Below, piece after piece: positions 1 through 8,340 of a stretch of DNA of 64,000 nt. Below the pieces are notes generated by a model. The model ran no database searches and was not told the DNA's origin. It saw only the letters and a program-made list of their open reading frames with translations. Source of the DNA: an uncultured Campylobacter sp. (GTDB taxonomy: Bacteria; Campylobacterota; Campylobacteria; Campylobacterales; Campylobacteraceae); contig NZ_CALIMW010000057.1 of assembly GCF_938045405.1 (NCBI RefSeq), positions 2,312-66,311 of the forward strand, given 5' to 3'. Position 1 is the stretch's first letter; every line of letters starts with the position of its first letter. The position numbers and the translations under genes are program-made.

Positions 1-165
1 GATCTCAAAAAATTCAAGCACCTGGTCGAGCATCTGCCTGTGCTGCGCCGTAACGCAAACCTTCACTTCAAATTCCGCATGCTTTTGAAATTCCTTTATC
101 AACAGAGCCATCTTAATGGCCTCCGGGCGCGTTCCAAATACTATCAAAATTTTTCTTTTCGTCAT
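1..165 (-). CDS. UDP-N-acetylglucosamine 2-epimerase (WecB/NeuC family), N-terminal fragment running off the window edge
   Basis: Reverse-complement translation gives [55 protein letters not shown]. The [18 protein letters not shown] motif is diagnostic of non-hydrolysing UDP-GlcNAc 2-epimerases. ATG at 163-165 (minus strand). Confidence 0.6.
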   Translation of the reverse strand, partial: MTKRKILIVFGTRPEAIKMALLIKEFQKHAEFEVKVCVTAQHRQMLDQVLEFFEI

Positions 166-315
166 AAACTCCCCTATATATCGATTTTTTAACCAAATTT
201 ATCGCCGTGATTTTAATTAAATTTTGCTATATCGGCGCTTAACAATACATAAAATCACCTATTTATCGCTACTTAGATGGTATAGAATGTTCTTTGCTTC
301 AAAGACGGCTAAGAT

Positions 316-1014
316 TTATTTTAAATTATCAAAAAATTCCATCGCAAAATCATCGAAAATTTTACCTTTCAAATGCGCTTTACAAAATTCCACGATGAGT
401 CCATGAAATAACACATACGTGCTGTTTTCGTTCTCCAGCTTATCTGCTTTTGCCGCCGCATCGCAGGGAAAATTAGCGAAATTTACAAACTCATAGATCC
501 GCTCAAATTCCAGTTCGCCGAGCCACGCGCTAAGCTCGTCGTAACTTTCAAACTCATAGCCCAAAGCCCCGAGCAGCCGCGCCGAGTAGCTGTCCGCGAC
601 CATCACCGCGCGCTCGCACGCATAGCACAAGATCGCATCGCAGCTCTCCGCGCCGATCCCCTTGCGCGCTAGCAGCCACTCGCGGCTAACGCCCGATTTA
701 AAGCTCTCAAAATCCCCAAAATCCGCGATTATCGCTTTGCAAAGCAAGCTTAGGCGTCTAGCTTTTTGATTATAAAATCCACTTACTTTGATGATCTCCG
801 CAAGCTCCGCTTCATCTAGCCCGGCGATCCCATCTAGACTCAAAAGCCCCTTGCTACACAGGTTTTGCAGTGCCGCATCAGCATTGCGCCACGCCGTATT
901 TTGGATCAAAATCGCCCCCACGACCACCTCAAAGCTTCCAAATCCGGGCCACCAGCGAAAATCCTTGATTTTCACGGCGCGAAAAAGCGCGATAAAAAGC
1001 TCGGTCGCGCTCAT
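316..1014 (-). CDS. HhH-GPD superfamily DNA glycosylase-like protein (endonuclease III-related, no C-terminal 4Fe-4S cysteine cluster)
   Basis: Track ORF of 232 aa. ILIQNTAWRNA and LDGIAGLDEAELAEIIKVSGFYNQKARRL match the HhH-GPD fold. No CX6CX2CX5C cluster. Its ATG overlaps the stop of the upstream ORF (ATGA). Confidence 0.55.
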   Translation of the reverse strand: MSATELFIALFRAVKIKDFRWWPGFGSFEVVVGAILIQNTAWRNADAALQNLCSKGLLSLDGIAGLDEAELAEIIKVSGFYNQKARRLSLLCKAIIADFGDFESFKSGVSREWLLARKGIGAESCDAILCYACERAVMVADSYSARLLGALGYEFESYDELSAWLGELEFERIYEFVNFANFPCDAAAKADKLENENSTYVLFHGLIVEFCKAHLKGKIFDDFAMEFFDNLK

Positions 1015-1379
1015 CTGCCGTCTCCAAGGACGCTGGGAGCATCAAATTTCGGTTCTATAATCCGTACCTCGCCGCATCTTGCGACAAGCGATGCATACGC
1101 CGAAATAATTTTTAAATTTCGCTTAAAGAGTGCCGTGCAACGCATAAAAATTTGAAATTTATGCGTTGCAAAAACAGACGCAAACGGGGTTTGTTCTTGC
1201 AAGACACCTGCGATGAGAAGGAATTTCGACGCACCGCTAGGCTTAAATTTAACGATCGTCGCGCACGTAGCGGCAACTTTAAATTTTAGTGCAGCCGCTG
1301 CCCTGCTTCGCTCCAGAAGCCGCTTTACGCCGCAACTAAGCTCGCTTACGACATTTTGAAATTCTCGCGCCGTATTCAT
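1011..1379 (-). CDS. hypothetical protein (122 aa), translationally coupled between the DUF815 ATPase and the HhH-GPD gene
   Basis: ORF with ATGA overlaps at both ends (1376-1379 and 1011-1014) in an otherwise contiguous minus-strand operon. No recognisable domain. Confidence 0.4.
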   Translation of the reverse strand: MNTAREFQNVVSELSCGVKRLLERSRAAAALKFKVAATCATIVKFKPSGASKFLLIAGVLQEQTPFASVFATHKFQIFMRCTALFKRNLKIISAYASLVARCGEVRIIEPKFDAPSVLGDGR

Positions 1380-2359
1380 CTGCCGCCGCCTTTTAAATTT
1401 GTAAAAAATTCCTCGCTAAAGCTCAAGAAAAACTGCTTTGCCGCGCGGCCGCTGCGGCTTGCGCGAAGCATCGCAAACTCCCTCGCCTTTGCGTGCAGCG
1501 CGTCTAAATTTGCAGCAAAGCTCAAGCGAAATTCCGCCGCGCTCATACCTTTCGCAGCCGCAAAATAGGCATCTACGATCCCCAAATACTCCCGCATGCT
1601 CCCGCCGTAAAAGCTTAGCTGCAGTCCGAAGCGCTCGCTCAGGCTGATTCGCTCGTTCGCCGCGTCGCTTAGGTGCAGCTCGCCGCGACTGATCTGCGCG
1701 GCGTCGTTATCGCTTGCGCATTCGCCTACGATGTGGCGGCGATTGGACGTCGCATACATCAGCACGTTGCGCGGCGCGCGCTCTAAGGATCCTTCTAGCA
1801 GCGGTTTTAGGTGCTTGTAGCCGCTCTCGCCGAGCTCAAAGCTCAAATCATCGCAAAAGATGATAAATTTAAAATTTGTTTCGCGGATCGCGTCGATTAT
1901 ATCCACGAGATAGCCCAGATCGTCCCTGCCGATCTCGATGATCTTAAGGCCTTGCGGGATAAATTTAGAAAAAACCGCCTTCGCAAGGCTTGATTTGCCG
2001 CAGCCGCTCTCGCCCCATAGTAGTGCGTGATTGGCGCTCGCGCCACGCAGGAAGGCGTCAGTGTTTTTTATAAGAGCTGATTTTTGGCTCTCTAGCCCCA
2101 CAAGCGCGTCAATACCCGTGAAATCGATATCGCGGACGATCTTTAGCGCCTTTTTATTTGCGCGAAAGACGGCGACCTGTACCGTGCGCCAATCAATCGC
2201 GCTAAAATCGCTGAAATAAATTTGCTCGCCGGTGCCGCTCTGCGCACTTTTTAGGATGGCTTGCGGCGCTAAATTCAAACCGCTTACCGAGTCTAAATTT
2301 AGCCCTTCGCTTCTGCTTTTGCTCGCGCTTTTTTTGATATTTTCATCGCAAGTTCGCAT
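1376..2359 (-). CDS. DUF815-family AAA+ ATPase
   Basis: 327 aa. Walker A GESGCGKSS and Walker B IIFCDDLSFE. Overall match to the DUF815 predicted ATPase family found next to mfd in Campylobacter. Confidence 0.7.
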   Translation of the reverse strand: MRTCDENIKKSASKSRSEGLNLDSVSGLNLAPQAILKSAQSGTGEQIYFSDFSAIDWRTVQVAVFRANKKALKIVRDIDFTGIDALVGLESQKSALIKNTDAFLRGASANHALLWGESGCGKSSLAKAVFSKFIPQGLKIIEIGRDDLGYLVDIIDAIRETNFKFIIFCDDLSFELGESGYKHLKPLLEGSLERAPRNVLMYATSNRRHIVGECASDNDAAQISRGELHLSDAANERISLSERFGLQLSFYGGSMREYLGIVDAYFAAAKGMSAAEFRLSFAANLDALHAKAREFAMLRASRSGRAAKQFFLSFSEEFFTNLKGGGR

Positions 2360-5303
2360 TTTTTAGCTCCCTTCGCAGATAGATTAAAATTTCGTTTATC
2401 ACGTCGTCATCGTCGCGCGTCTGTGCCTTTAATCGCACCTTATCGCCGTTTGCAAGGGTGATCAAGATATTTTCGTCCATGCTCGAAATCACGCGCAAGC
2501 CAAGCTTCGTAGCCAAAACCTTAATCATCATCACGTCGATGAATTGCTTGGTGTAGACGTCCGCACGCCCGAAGCGGTCCTCGATCTCGCCGAAAATTTC
2601 AAGCACTTCGCTCGCCTCGGCGCACTTGCTAAGCCGCCTGTAAAGATCTAGGCGCAGGCGATCCTCTCTGATAAATTCCGAGTTTAAAAAGGCGTTTACG
2701 GAAATTTTAAGCTCCACGCTCGCAGCGGCGCTCTTTCTGCTTAGCAGCTTGCCGATCTCCTCTTCGAGCATTTTTAGATAAAGCGAGTAGCCGATCGCTT
2801 CGATATGCCCGCTCTGTGCCTCTCCGAGCAGATTTCCGCCGCCGCGAATCTCTAGATCGTGATACGCTAGCACCGAGCCGCTGCCCAAAAACGAGTTGCT
2901 CTCAAGCGCTACGAGCCGTTTTAGCGCGTCCTGCGTAAGAGCGGTTTTATCCTCGATCAAAAAGTAGCAAAAGCCCTGTTTGTTGCTGCGTCCGACGCGG
3001 CCGCGCAGCTGGTGCAGATCGGCGATGCCGAATTTATCAGCGTTTTCGACGATGATTGTATTTACGCGCGGCATATGAATGCCGCTTTCTACGATGCTGG
3101 TGCAAAGTAGCAGATCGTATCCGCCTGCTACAAATTTTAAAATTTCATCCTCCGTAGTTTTAGCGTCGATCTTGGAGTGCAAAATTAGAATTTTAAGGCT
3201 CGGCAAAATTTCAAGCAGTTTCTTTTTGGCGTTTTGCATCGTCGCGATGTGGTTGTGGACGTAAAAAATCTGCCCGCCGCGTCGCAGCTCGCGCGAGATC
3301 GCCTCTTTTATGATCTTTTCGTCCCACTGCTTGACGAAGGTGCGCACGTCCAGGCGATCCTGCGGCGGACTAAGCAGCGTGGAGTAGCTTTTAATCGAGC
3401 TTAGCGCCATATTTAGACTGCGCGGTATCGGCGTGGCAGACATACTAAGCAGGTGCGAGGCGGCGCTTTTCTCTTTGAGCCGCTCCTTTTGCTTAACGCC
3501 GAATTTATGCTCCTCATCGATGATTATGAGCCCTAAATTTGCGGGGTTTAAATTTAAAAGCGAGTGCGTGCCGACCACGACGATCGCCTCGCCGCTTTGC
3601 AGGCGCTTTGTAATCTCGCTCTTTTGTCGCGCGCTGCTAAAGCGATCGAGCTTGAAAACGGGAATTTCAAACTCCCTAAAGCGCTCGCTAAGCGTAGCGT
3701 AATGCTGCGAGCTAAGCAGCGTCGTAGGCACAAAAAACAGCACTGAATGGCCGCTGCGGATGCAAGCAAAGATCGCATTCATCGCAACCTCGGTCTTTCC
3801 AAAGCCCACGTCGCCGCTAAGCAGGCGGTCCATCACCTTGCCGCTTTGCAGATCCGCCAAAATCGCGCCCACCGCCTTTTGCTGATCGCTCGTGTAGTTA
3901 AAGCCGCTTGCGCTTAGAAATTTCGCATAATCCGCGCTTTCGTTTTTGATGACGAGCCCCCGCACCAGCTCGCGCTTTGCCGCCAGCGCGATGATCTTTG
4001 AAGCGATCGCGAAGAGCTTTTCGCGCACTCTCTCTTTAATTTTTGAAAAGCTCGCCCTGCCCAGATGATCCAAGCTCACGGCGCCGCCGCTTGCGACGTA
4101 GCGATCGATCTTATTTAGATACTCTACCGGCAGCAGCAGTTTGTCGCCGCCCTCGTAGAGCAGGGATACGAACTCCTTGCTGCGCCCCATCACCTCGATG
4201 AGCTCAAGCCCGTTAAATTTAGCGATGCCGTGATCTTCATGCACGACGAAATCACCCACGTTTAGCTCATCTAGAGCCAGACTCGATCTTCGCACGCGCT
4301 TTTTAGGCGTCGCTTTGTTTAGCGAAAGAATGATTCGCTCGGCGCTTATTAAATTTACGACGAAATCCTCGCGTAAAATTTCGATATTGCTAAATCCGCC
4401 AAGATCAAACGGCGCGAGCAGTGCGTCGTTTCGCGCGATCAGCGTGATAGCCTCGCTGCGATGAAATTCAAAAAATTCCTGCGACGGCGTCACGGCGAGG
4501 TCTTTAAATTTACGCGCCGCAGGCAATACCTCGATCGCGTCTAAAAAATCCAAATTGCGCTCGGAAAAAATTTCATCCTTTTTGATCTCGTGCAACAAGA
4601 TGCAATCAAACGCGCTCGTGTAATCGACGAAGTCCTCAATGAACCAAAACCCGAGCGAGCCCAGATCGCGAGCTAACGCGTCGCTGTCCGCGCGCGATAT
4701 CTTTTCGCTCACGCTCTCAAACTCGTCCTCGCTTAAATTTGCTAAAAACGGCGCTATCTCGGCTTGCGCAAGCTCATCTTTTTCGCTTTTTTGCGTCGCG
4801 ACGTCAAAGCGCCTGATACTCTCAACCGTCTCGCCGTCGAGTAGAATTCTAACCGCGCTTTCGCTCCCTACCGAAAAAACATCGATGATCTCGCCACGGA
4901 AGCTAACCTCGCCCATGCTTTCGACGATGTCGCGCACGTCGTATCCCAGGCGCAAAATTTCATCTTTCAGCTCGCTTAAGTTTAACTCTTCGCCAAATTT
5001 TAAATTTAGCGGGCGCAGATGGCTTGCGGCGGGGAGTTTATTTAGGATCGTGCGGACGGGAGAGATTAAAATTTTTTTGTCGCTTGTTTTATAAAACGCG
5101 CTAAGAGCGGTGCTGATACCCGCAAGCTCGCCCATGTAGCTGCGAAGATCCTCGCCGAAGCTCGCTCTAAAATCGGGTAGGCAAAAGGTCGCGTAGCCCA
5201 TAAATTTAAGCACCTGCTCGCACGCCGCAGCCTCTTTATCGTCCTCGCAGATCAAAAGCTCTTTTTGGTTTTGCAAAAAGTATTCGTAAACCTCGGCTTG
5301 CAT
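2343..5303 (-). CDS. mfd: transcription-repair coupling factor Mfd
   Basis: 986 aa. Superfamily-2 helicase motifs GDVGFGKTEVA and DEEHKFGV, plus CarD-like and TRCF C-terminal regions. Size is typical for Mfd. Confidence 0.95.
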   Translation of the reverse strand: MQAEVYEYFLQNQKELLICEDDKEAAACEQVLKFMGYATFCLPDFRASFGEDLRSYMGELAGISTALSAFYKTSDKKILISPVRTILNKLPAASHLRPLNLKFGEELNLSELKDEILRLGYDVRDIVESMGEVSFRGEIIDVFSVGSESAVRILLDGETVESIRRFDVATQKSEKDELAQAEIAPFLANLSEDEFESVSEKISRADSDALARDLGSLGFWFIEDFVDYTSAFDCILLHEIKKDEIFSERNLDFLDAIEVLPAARKFKDLAVTPSQEFFEFHRSEAITLIARNDALLAPFDLGGFSNIEILREDFVVNLISAERIILSLNKATPKKRVRRSSLALDELNVGDFVVHEDHGIAKFNGLELIEVMGRSKEFVSLLYEGGDKLLLPVEYLNKIDRYVASGGAVSLDHLGRASFSKIKERVREKLFAIASKIIALAAKRELVRGLVIKNESADYAKFLSASGFNYTSDQQKAVGAILADLQSGKVMDRLLSGDVGFGKTEVAMNAIFACIRSGHSVLFFVPTTLLSSQHYATLSERFREFEIPVFKLDRFSSARQKSEITKRLQSGEAIVVVGTHSLLNLNPANLGLIIIDEEHKFGVKQKERLKEKSAASHLLSMSATPIPRSLNMALSSIKSYSTLLSPPQDRLDVRTFVKQWDEKIIKEAISRELRRGGQIFYVHNHIATMQNAKKKLLEILPSLKILILHSKIDAKTTEDEILKFVAGGYDLLLCTSIVESGIHMPRVNTIIVENADKFGIADLHQLRGRVGRSNKQGFCYFLIEDKTALTQDALKRLVALESNSFLGSGSVLAYHDLEIRGGGNLLGEAQSGHIEAIGYSLYLKMLEEEIGKLLSRKSAAASVELKISVNAFLNSEFIREDRLRLDLYRRLSKCAEASEVLEIFGEIEDRFGRADVYTKQFIDVMMIKVLATKLGLRVISSMDENILITLANGDKVRLKAQTRDDDDVINEILIYLRRELKNANLR

Positions 5304-6208
5304 TATTTAAACCTTTCGATCTGGTGTTGCACGACATTTGCGATCTCCTGCCACGATACGTTAGGCTCCAAGGTTGAGATATTTTTGAAATTCTGCGCGT
5401 TCCAGCTCATAAAATTTGCAGGATCAACGCTTTGAGCCAAAAACCTAACTTCGTAATGCAAGTGCGGACCGGTGCTGTAGCCGGTGTTACCGCTATAGCC
5501 GATGAGATCGCCCTTTTTAACCCAAGAACCGGGCGTTACGACCGCGGAGCTAAGGTGGCCGTAGCGGGTCTCAAAGCCGTAATTGTGCGATAGAATCACT
5601 AAAATTCCATATCCGCTGCCGCTACCACCTGCAAACTGCACGAAGCCCTCTGCCGTCGCAAACACCGGAGTGCCCTCGCTCGCTCGCAGGTCGATGCCGT
5701 GGTGCATCCTCATAACGCCACTGATTGGATGAGTGCGCATCCCAAAAGGGCTAGTAACGCCGCGATACTGCATCGGAAGGCCGTTAGGCACGGCGCTAAG
5801 GATCACGCTCGCCGTTTTTTCGCTAGCTGCGATGTGCGCGCCGGAGCCCTTTTTGCGCTCCTTTTTCATCTCATTCATCGCAAGCATTACCTGGATATCA
5901 CTATCCAGCCCGCCTCCATCGTCTTCGCGTCCGTCCAGCTTGGCAAGCACCTCCTCATTTTTGCCCTCAAGCGCGATATTTTGCTCTTTTAGCGCGAGAT
6001 TTTCGGCGTATAGGGTTTTGTTTAGCTCTTTTAAATTTGAACGGTCGCTCGCGAGTTTAAATATCGCAAAAAACAAAACAAGCAGAAAAATTACAAAAAA
6101 CGCGGATAAAATTTTAAGTTGAAATCTAAAATTTTCGCCAAAATACAGCGTCTTGGTGCCAAAGTGATCGCTTAGGGTAAGTTTAGTTTTAGCCACGGCG
6201 CGCCTCAA
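5303..6208 (-). CDS. M23 family metallopeptidase (LytM-domain peptidoglycan endopeptidase) with N-terminal TM helix and coiled coil
   Basis: HHGIDL ... GNTGYSTGPHLHYEV zinc-binding motifs of peptidase M23. N-terminal hydrophobic helix and heptad-like region. Confidence 0.85.
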   Translation of the reverse strand: MRRAVAKTKLTLSDHFGTKTLYFGENFRFQLKILSAFFVIFLLVLFFAIFKLASDRSNLKELNKTLYAENLALKEQNIALEGKNEEVLAKLDGREDDGGGLDSDIQVMLAMNEMKKERKKGSGAHIAASEKTASVILSAVPNGLPMQYRGVTSPFGMRTHPISGVMRMHHGIDLRASEGTPVFATAEGFVQFAGGSGSGYGILVILSHNYGFETRYGHLSSAVVTPGSWVKKGDLIGYSGNTGYSTGPHLHYEVRFLAQSVDPANFMSWNAQNFKNISTLEPNVSWQEIANVVQHQIERFK

Positions 6209-7874
6209 GCCATAAAATGAAATTTTCTACCAAATGAAACGAGCCAAAAACCAAATACTCCTCGTCCGCTCTAAGCTCGCCGCGAAACGGCGAATGCGGA
6301 ATTTTAAGCGCGTCAAGCGCACGGGTTATCGCCTCTGCCGCCATTTCGCGATCCGCAACCTCGTAGTTAAAGATCTCCACGCGCTCTACCACGGGCGCTA
6401 AAGTCCGCAGCACAGCAGCTACGTCCTTATCGGCAAAGGCGTTGTAAATCAGCACGATCTTTCTGCCCCTGTAGATTTCGGTAATTTCACGGGCGACTTG
6501 CTGCGCCGCAAGCTCGTTGTGTCCGACATCCACGCATAAATTTGGCGCCAAAACTTCCATCCTGCCGCGTAAATTTAGAGGCGGCAGCTGTGAAATTTCA
6601 AATTTCAAATTTAAAAATTTCATCGCGGCAAGCGCTAGGGCTAAATTTGAAATTTGAAATTTAGGTAGATTATTGCACGCGCAAAACTCCGCGATCTGCG
6701 CTTGCTCGCTCTTGCTTAAAAGCTCTGCTGCAAACCTCAAATGAGTTCCTTTTTGCTCTGCGATCTGCTGCGCGATACGAAGCGGAACCTCGCTCATCTC
6801 ATCGCTTAAAATCGCCTCCTTATCCATCGTAATGAGCTTGGTGTGGGCGATCTGCTCTAGATTTTGTCCTAGCATGCCTAAATGATCGGTGCCGATCGGT
6901 GTAAAAAGCGACAGCGTGCGTCCAAAGCTCGACGTAGCGTCAAACTCGCCGCCCATCCCAGCCTCGATCACGCAGTAATCGCAATCCCTAAAAAGCACTG
7001 CCGCCGCAAGAGTGAGATACTCGAAATACGACAGGCTATCTTTAAACTCCGCGGGCAAGCTCTCTTGCAAAAACTCATGCGCGAAATCAAGCTCCTCATC
7101 CGTAGCATCGCGCCCTAGCGAAATGGGAAGCGAGCTTTGAGTGGATTTAAAATTTGATCTTAGCTGAGATTTAAAATTTTGCTCTGGCGAGAATTTTAAA
7201 TTTTGCTCAGACGGCGATTTGAGATCTTGAGAATTCCATAAATTTTGTGTAGAAGTAGAATTTTGCGCGATGAAATTATGCTTGCTACAAAAATTTTGCA
7301 TGGTATAAACGGAGTTCTGCAGGGCAGAATTCTGCTCACCATGCGAATCCTGCATGGTGATAAAATCCTGCGTGGTGGAATTTTGCAAATTAGAAATAGA
7401 AATTTGAGAGGCGGAATTTTCTCTGTTCGCAAAATTTTGCATCTTTATGGAATTTTGTTTTTCCGTAAAATTTGGCGCCAAAGCGGAATTTTGCTCGTTT
7501 TTAAAATTTGAAGCGTCGGAATTCAACGCAAAAACGGGGTTTTGCGCGATCCGTCCGCCTAGATAGATGCGCTCGTTGAGCCTAAAAACGTGCGGGCTGG
7601 TGTAGTGCCCTACGCTAAAGCCCGCTGCGGCGATCGCGTTAGCCAAAAACCGCCCGGTGCTACCCTTGCCGTTGGTGCCGATGATCTGAATGACATTTCT
7701 GAGCGGAATTTTATCTTTAATGGCGGCATATGCCCGCGGGAAGCGCTCGTAGTCGATTTTTTTGTAATAAATCGGGCGATTTTGCAAAAATTCTTTAATG
7801 CTGCGCCCGCTCAAGTCTGAATCCCCTAATCGCAAGCGCCGAAATAAACTCGTCAAACGCCTGCGCGGAGGCAT
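6189..7874 (-). CDS. folC: bifunctional folylpolyglutamate synthase / dihydrofolate synthase FolC carrying a ~145-aa in-frame low-complexity (QNS/QNF-repeat) insertion
   Basis: Mur-ligase motifs IQIIGTNGKGSTGRFLANAIAAAGFSVGHYTSPHVFRLNERI. 561 aa, versus about 380-430 aa for typical FolC. The insertion spans about aa 105-250 (nt ~7127-7562). The true start may be the TTG near 7811, because the track ATG at 7874 overlaps the upstream lipoprotein gene by 80 nt. Confidence 0.8.
   Translation of the reverse strand: MPPRRRLTSLFRRLRLGDSDLSGRSIKEFLQNRPIYYKKIDYERFPRAYAAIKDKIPLRNVIQIIGTNGKGSTGRFLANAIAAAGFSVGHYTSPHVFRLNERIYLGGRIAQNPVFALNSDASNFKNEQNSALAPNFTEKQNSIKMQNFANRENSASQISISNLQNSTTQDFITMQDSHGEQNSALQNSVYTMQNFCSKHNFIAQNSTSTQNLWNSQDLKSPSEQNLKFSPEQNFKSQLRSNFKSTQSSLPISLGRDATDEELDFAHEFLQESLPAEFKDSLSYFEYLTLAAAVLFRDCDYCVIEAGMGGEFDATSSFGRTLSLFTPIGTDHLGMLGQNLEQIAHTKLITMDKEAILSDEMSEVPLRIAQQIAEQKGTHLRFAAELLSKSEQAQIAEFCACNNLPKFQISNLALALAAMKFLNLKFEISQLPPLNLRGRMEVLAPNLCVDVGHNELAAQQVAREITEIYRGRKIVLIYNAFADKDVAAVLRTLAPVVERVEIFNYEVADREMAAEAITRALDALKIPHSPFRGELRADEEYLVFGSFHLVENFILWLEARRG
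7127..7562 (-). repeat. in-frame tandem repeats of ~gaatt(t/c)tgc units (encoding QNS/QNF) inside folC
   Basis: More than 20 imperfect repeats of g/aaatt(t/c)tgc, visible on the + strand at irregular 12-30 bp spacing. Stop-free in the folC frame. Confidence 0.8.
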
Positions 7875-8334
7875 TTTCGATCGCCTTGTAGCGGTCCTTA
7901 TCGCTAATGATCGAGCTCGTATCGTAGCTATTTTTGACTAGGCGGCTAACTTTAAAATCGTAATCGCCCACGCAATCCTTGCTGAAAACCTCGCCGTTTT
8001 TAAGCTTGGTGCTAAAATTTACGATGAGATTTGCGCGGTAGCTAGTGACATAGCCGAACTGATCGTATGAAAGCTCGCTAAAGCTTAGGCTTTTTATGCT
8101 CGCTACTACGATCGTCTGCGCCGAGTTTTTATCCGCAAGGCTCATCCCTAGGCGCTGGACTATACCCTGTCTGATCGCATCTTTGATCGCGACGGTGTTT
8201 TGCGGATCAGTTTTGCTCATCATCACATCCACAAATACGCTTCCACTCATCGTCTCTTTCGCGATCCTTGAAACGGGCTTGTAGCCGCAGCTGATTAAAA
8301 AAATCAAACAAAAAACGGTTAAAACTTTTCTCAT
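7795..8334 (-). CDS. lipoprotein, LptE-like (LPS-assembly lipoprotein) by position downstream of leuS
   Basis: Signal peptide with lipobox LISC|GY. 179 aa. The leuS-lptE arrangement is conserved in E. coli and C. jejuni. Sequence identity to LptE was not verified. Confidence 0.5.
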   Translation of the reverse strand: MRKVLTVFCLIFLISCGYKPVSRIAKETMSGSVFVDVMMSKTDPQNTVAIKDAIRQGIVQRLGMSLADKNSAQTIVVASIKSLSFSELSYDQFGYVTSYRANLIVNFSTKLKNGEVFSKDCVGDYDFKVSRLVKNSYDTSSIISDKDRYKAIENASAQAFDEFISALAIRGFRLERAQH

Positions 8335-8340
8335 CTTCGC

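Noticed and set aside
224-406. 60-aa plus-strand ORF between wecB' and the HhH-GPD gene
   Set aside because: It overlaps the 3' end of the minus-strand HhH-GPD CDS and promoter DNA. It looks spurious.
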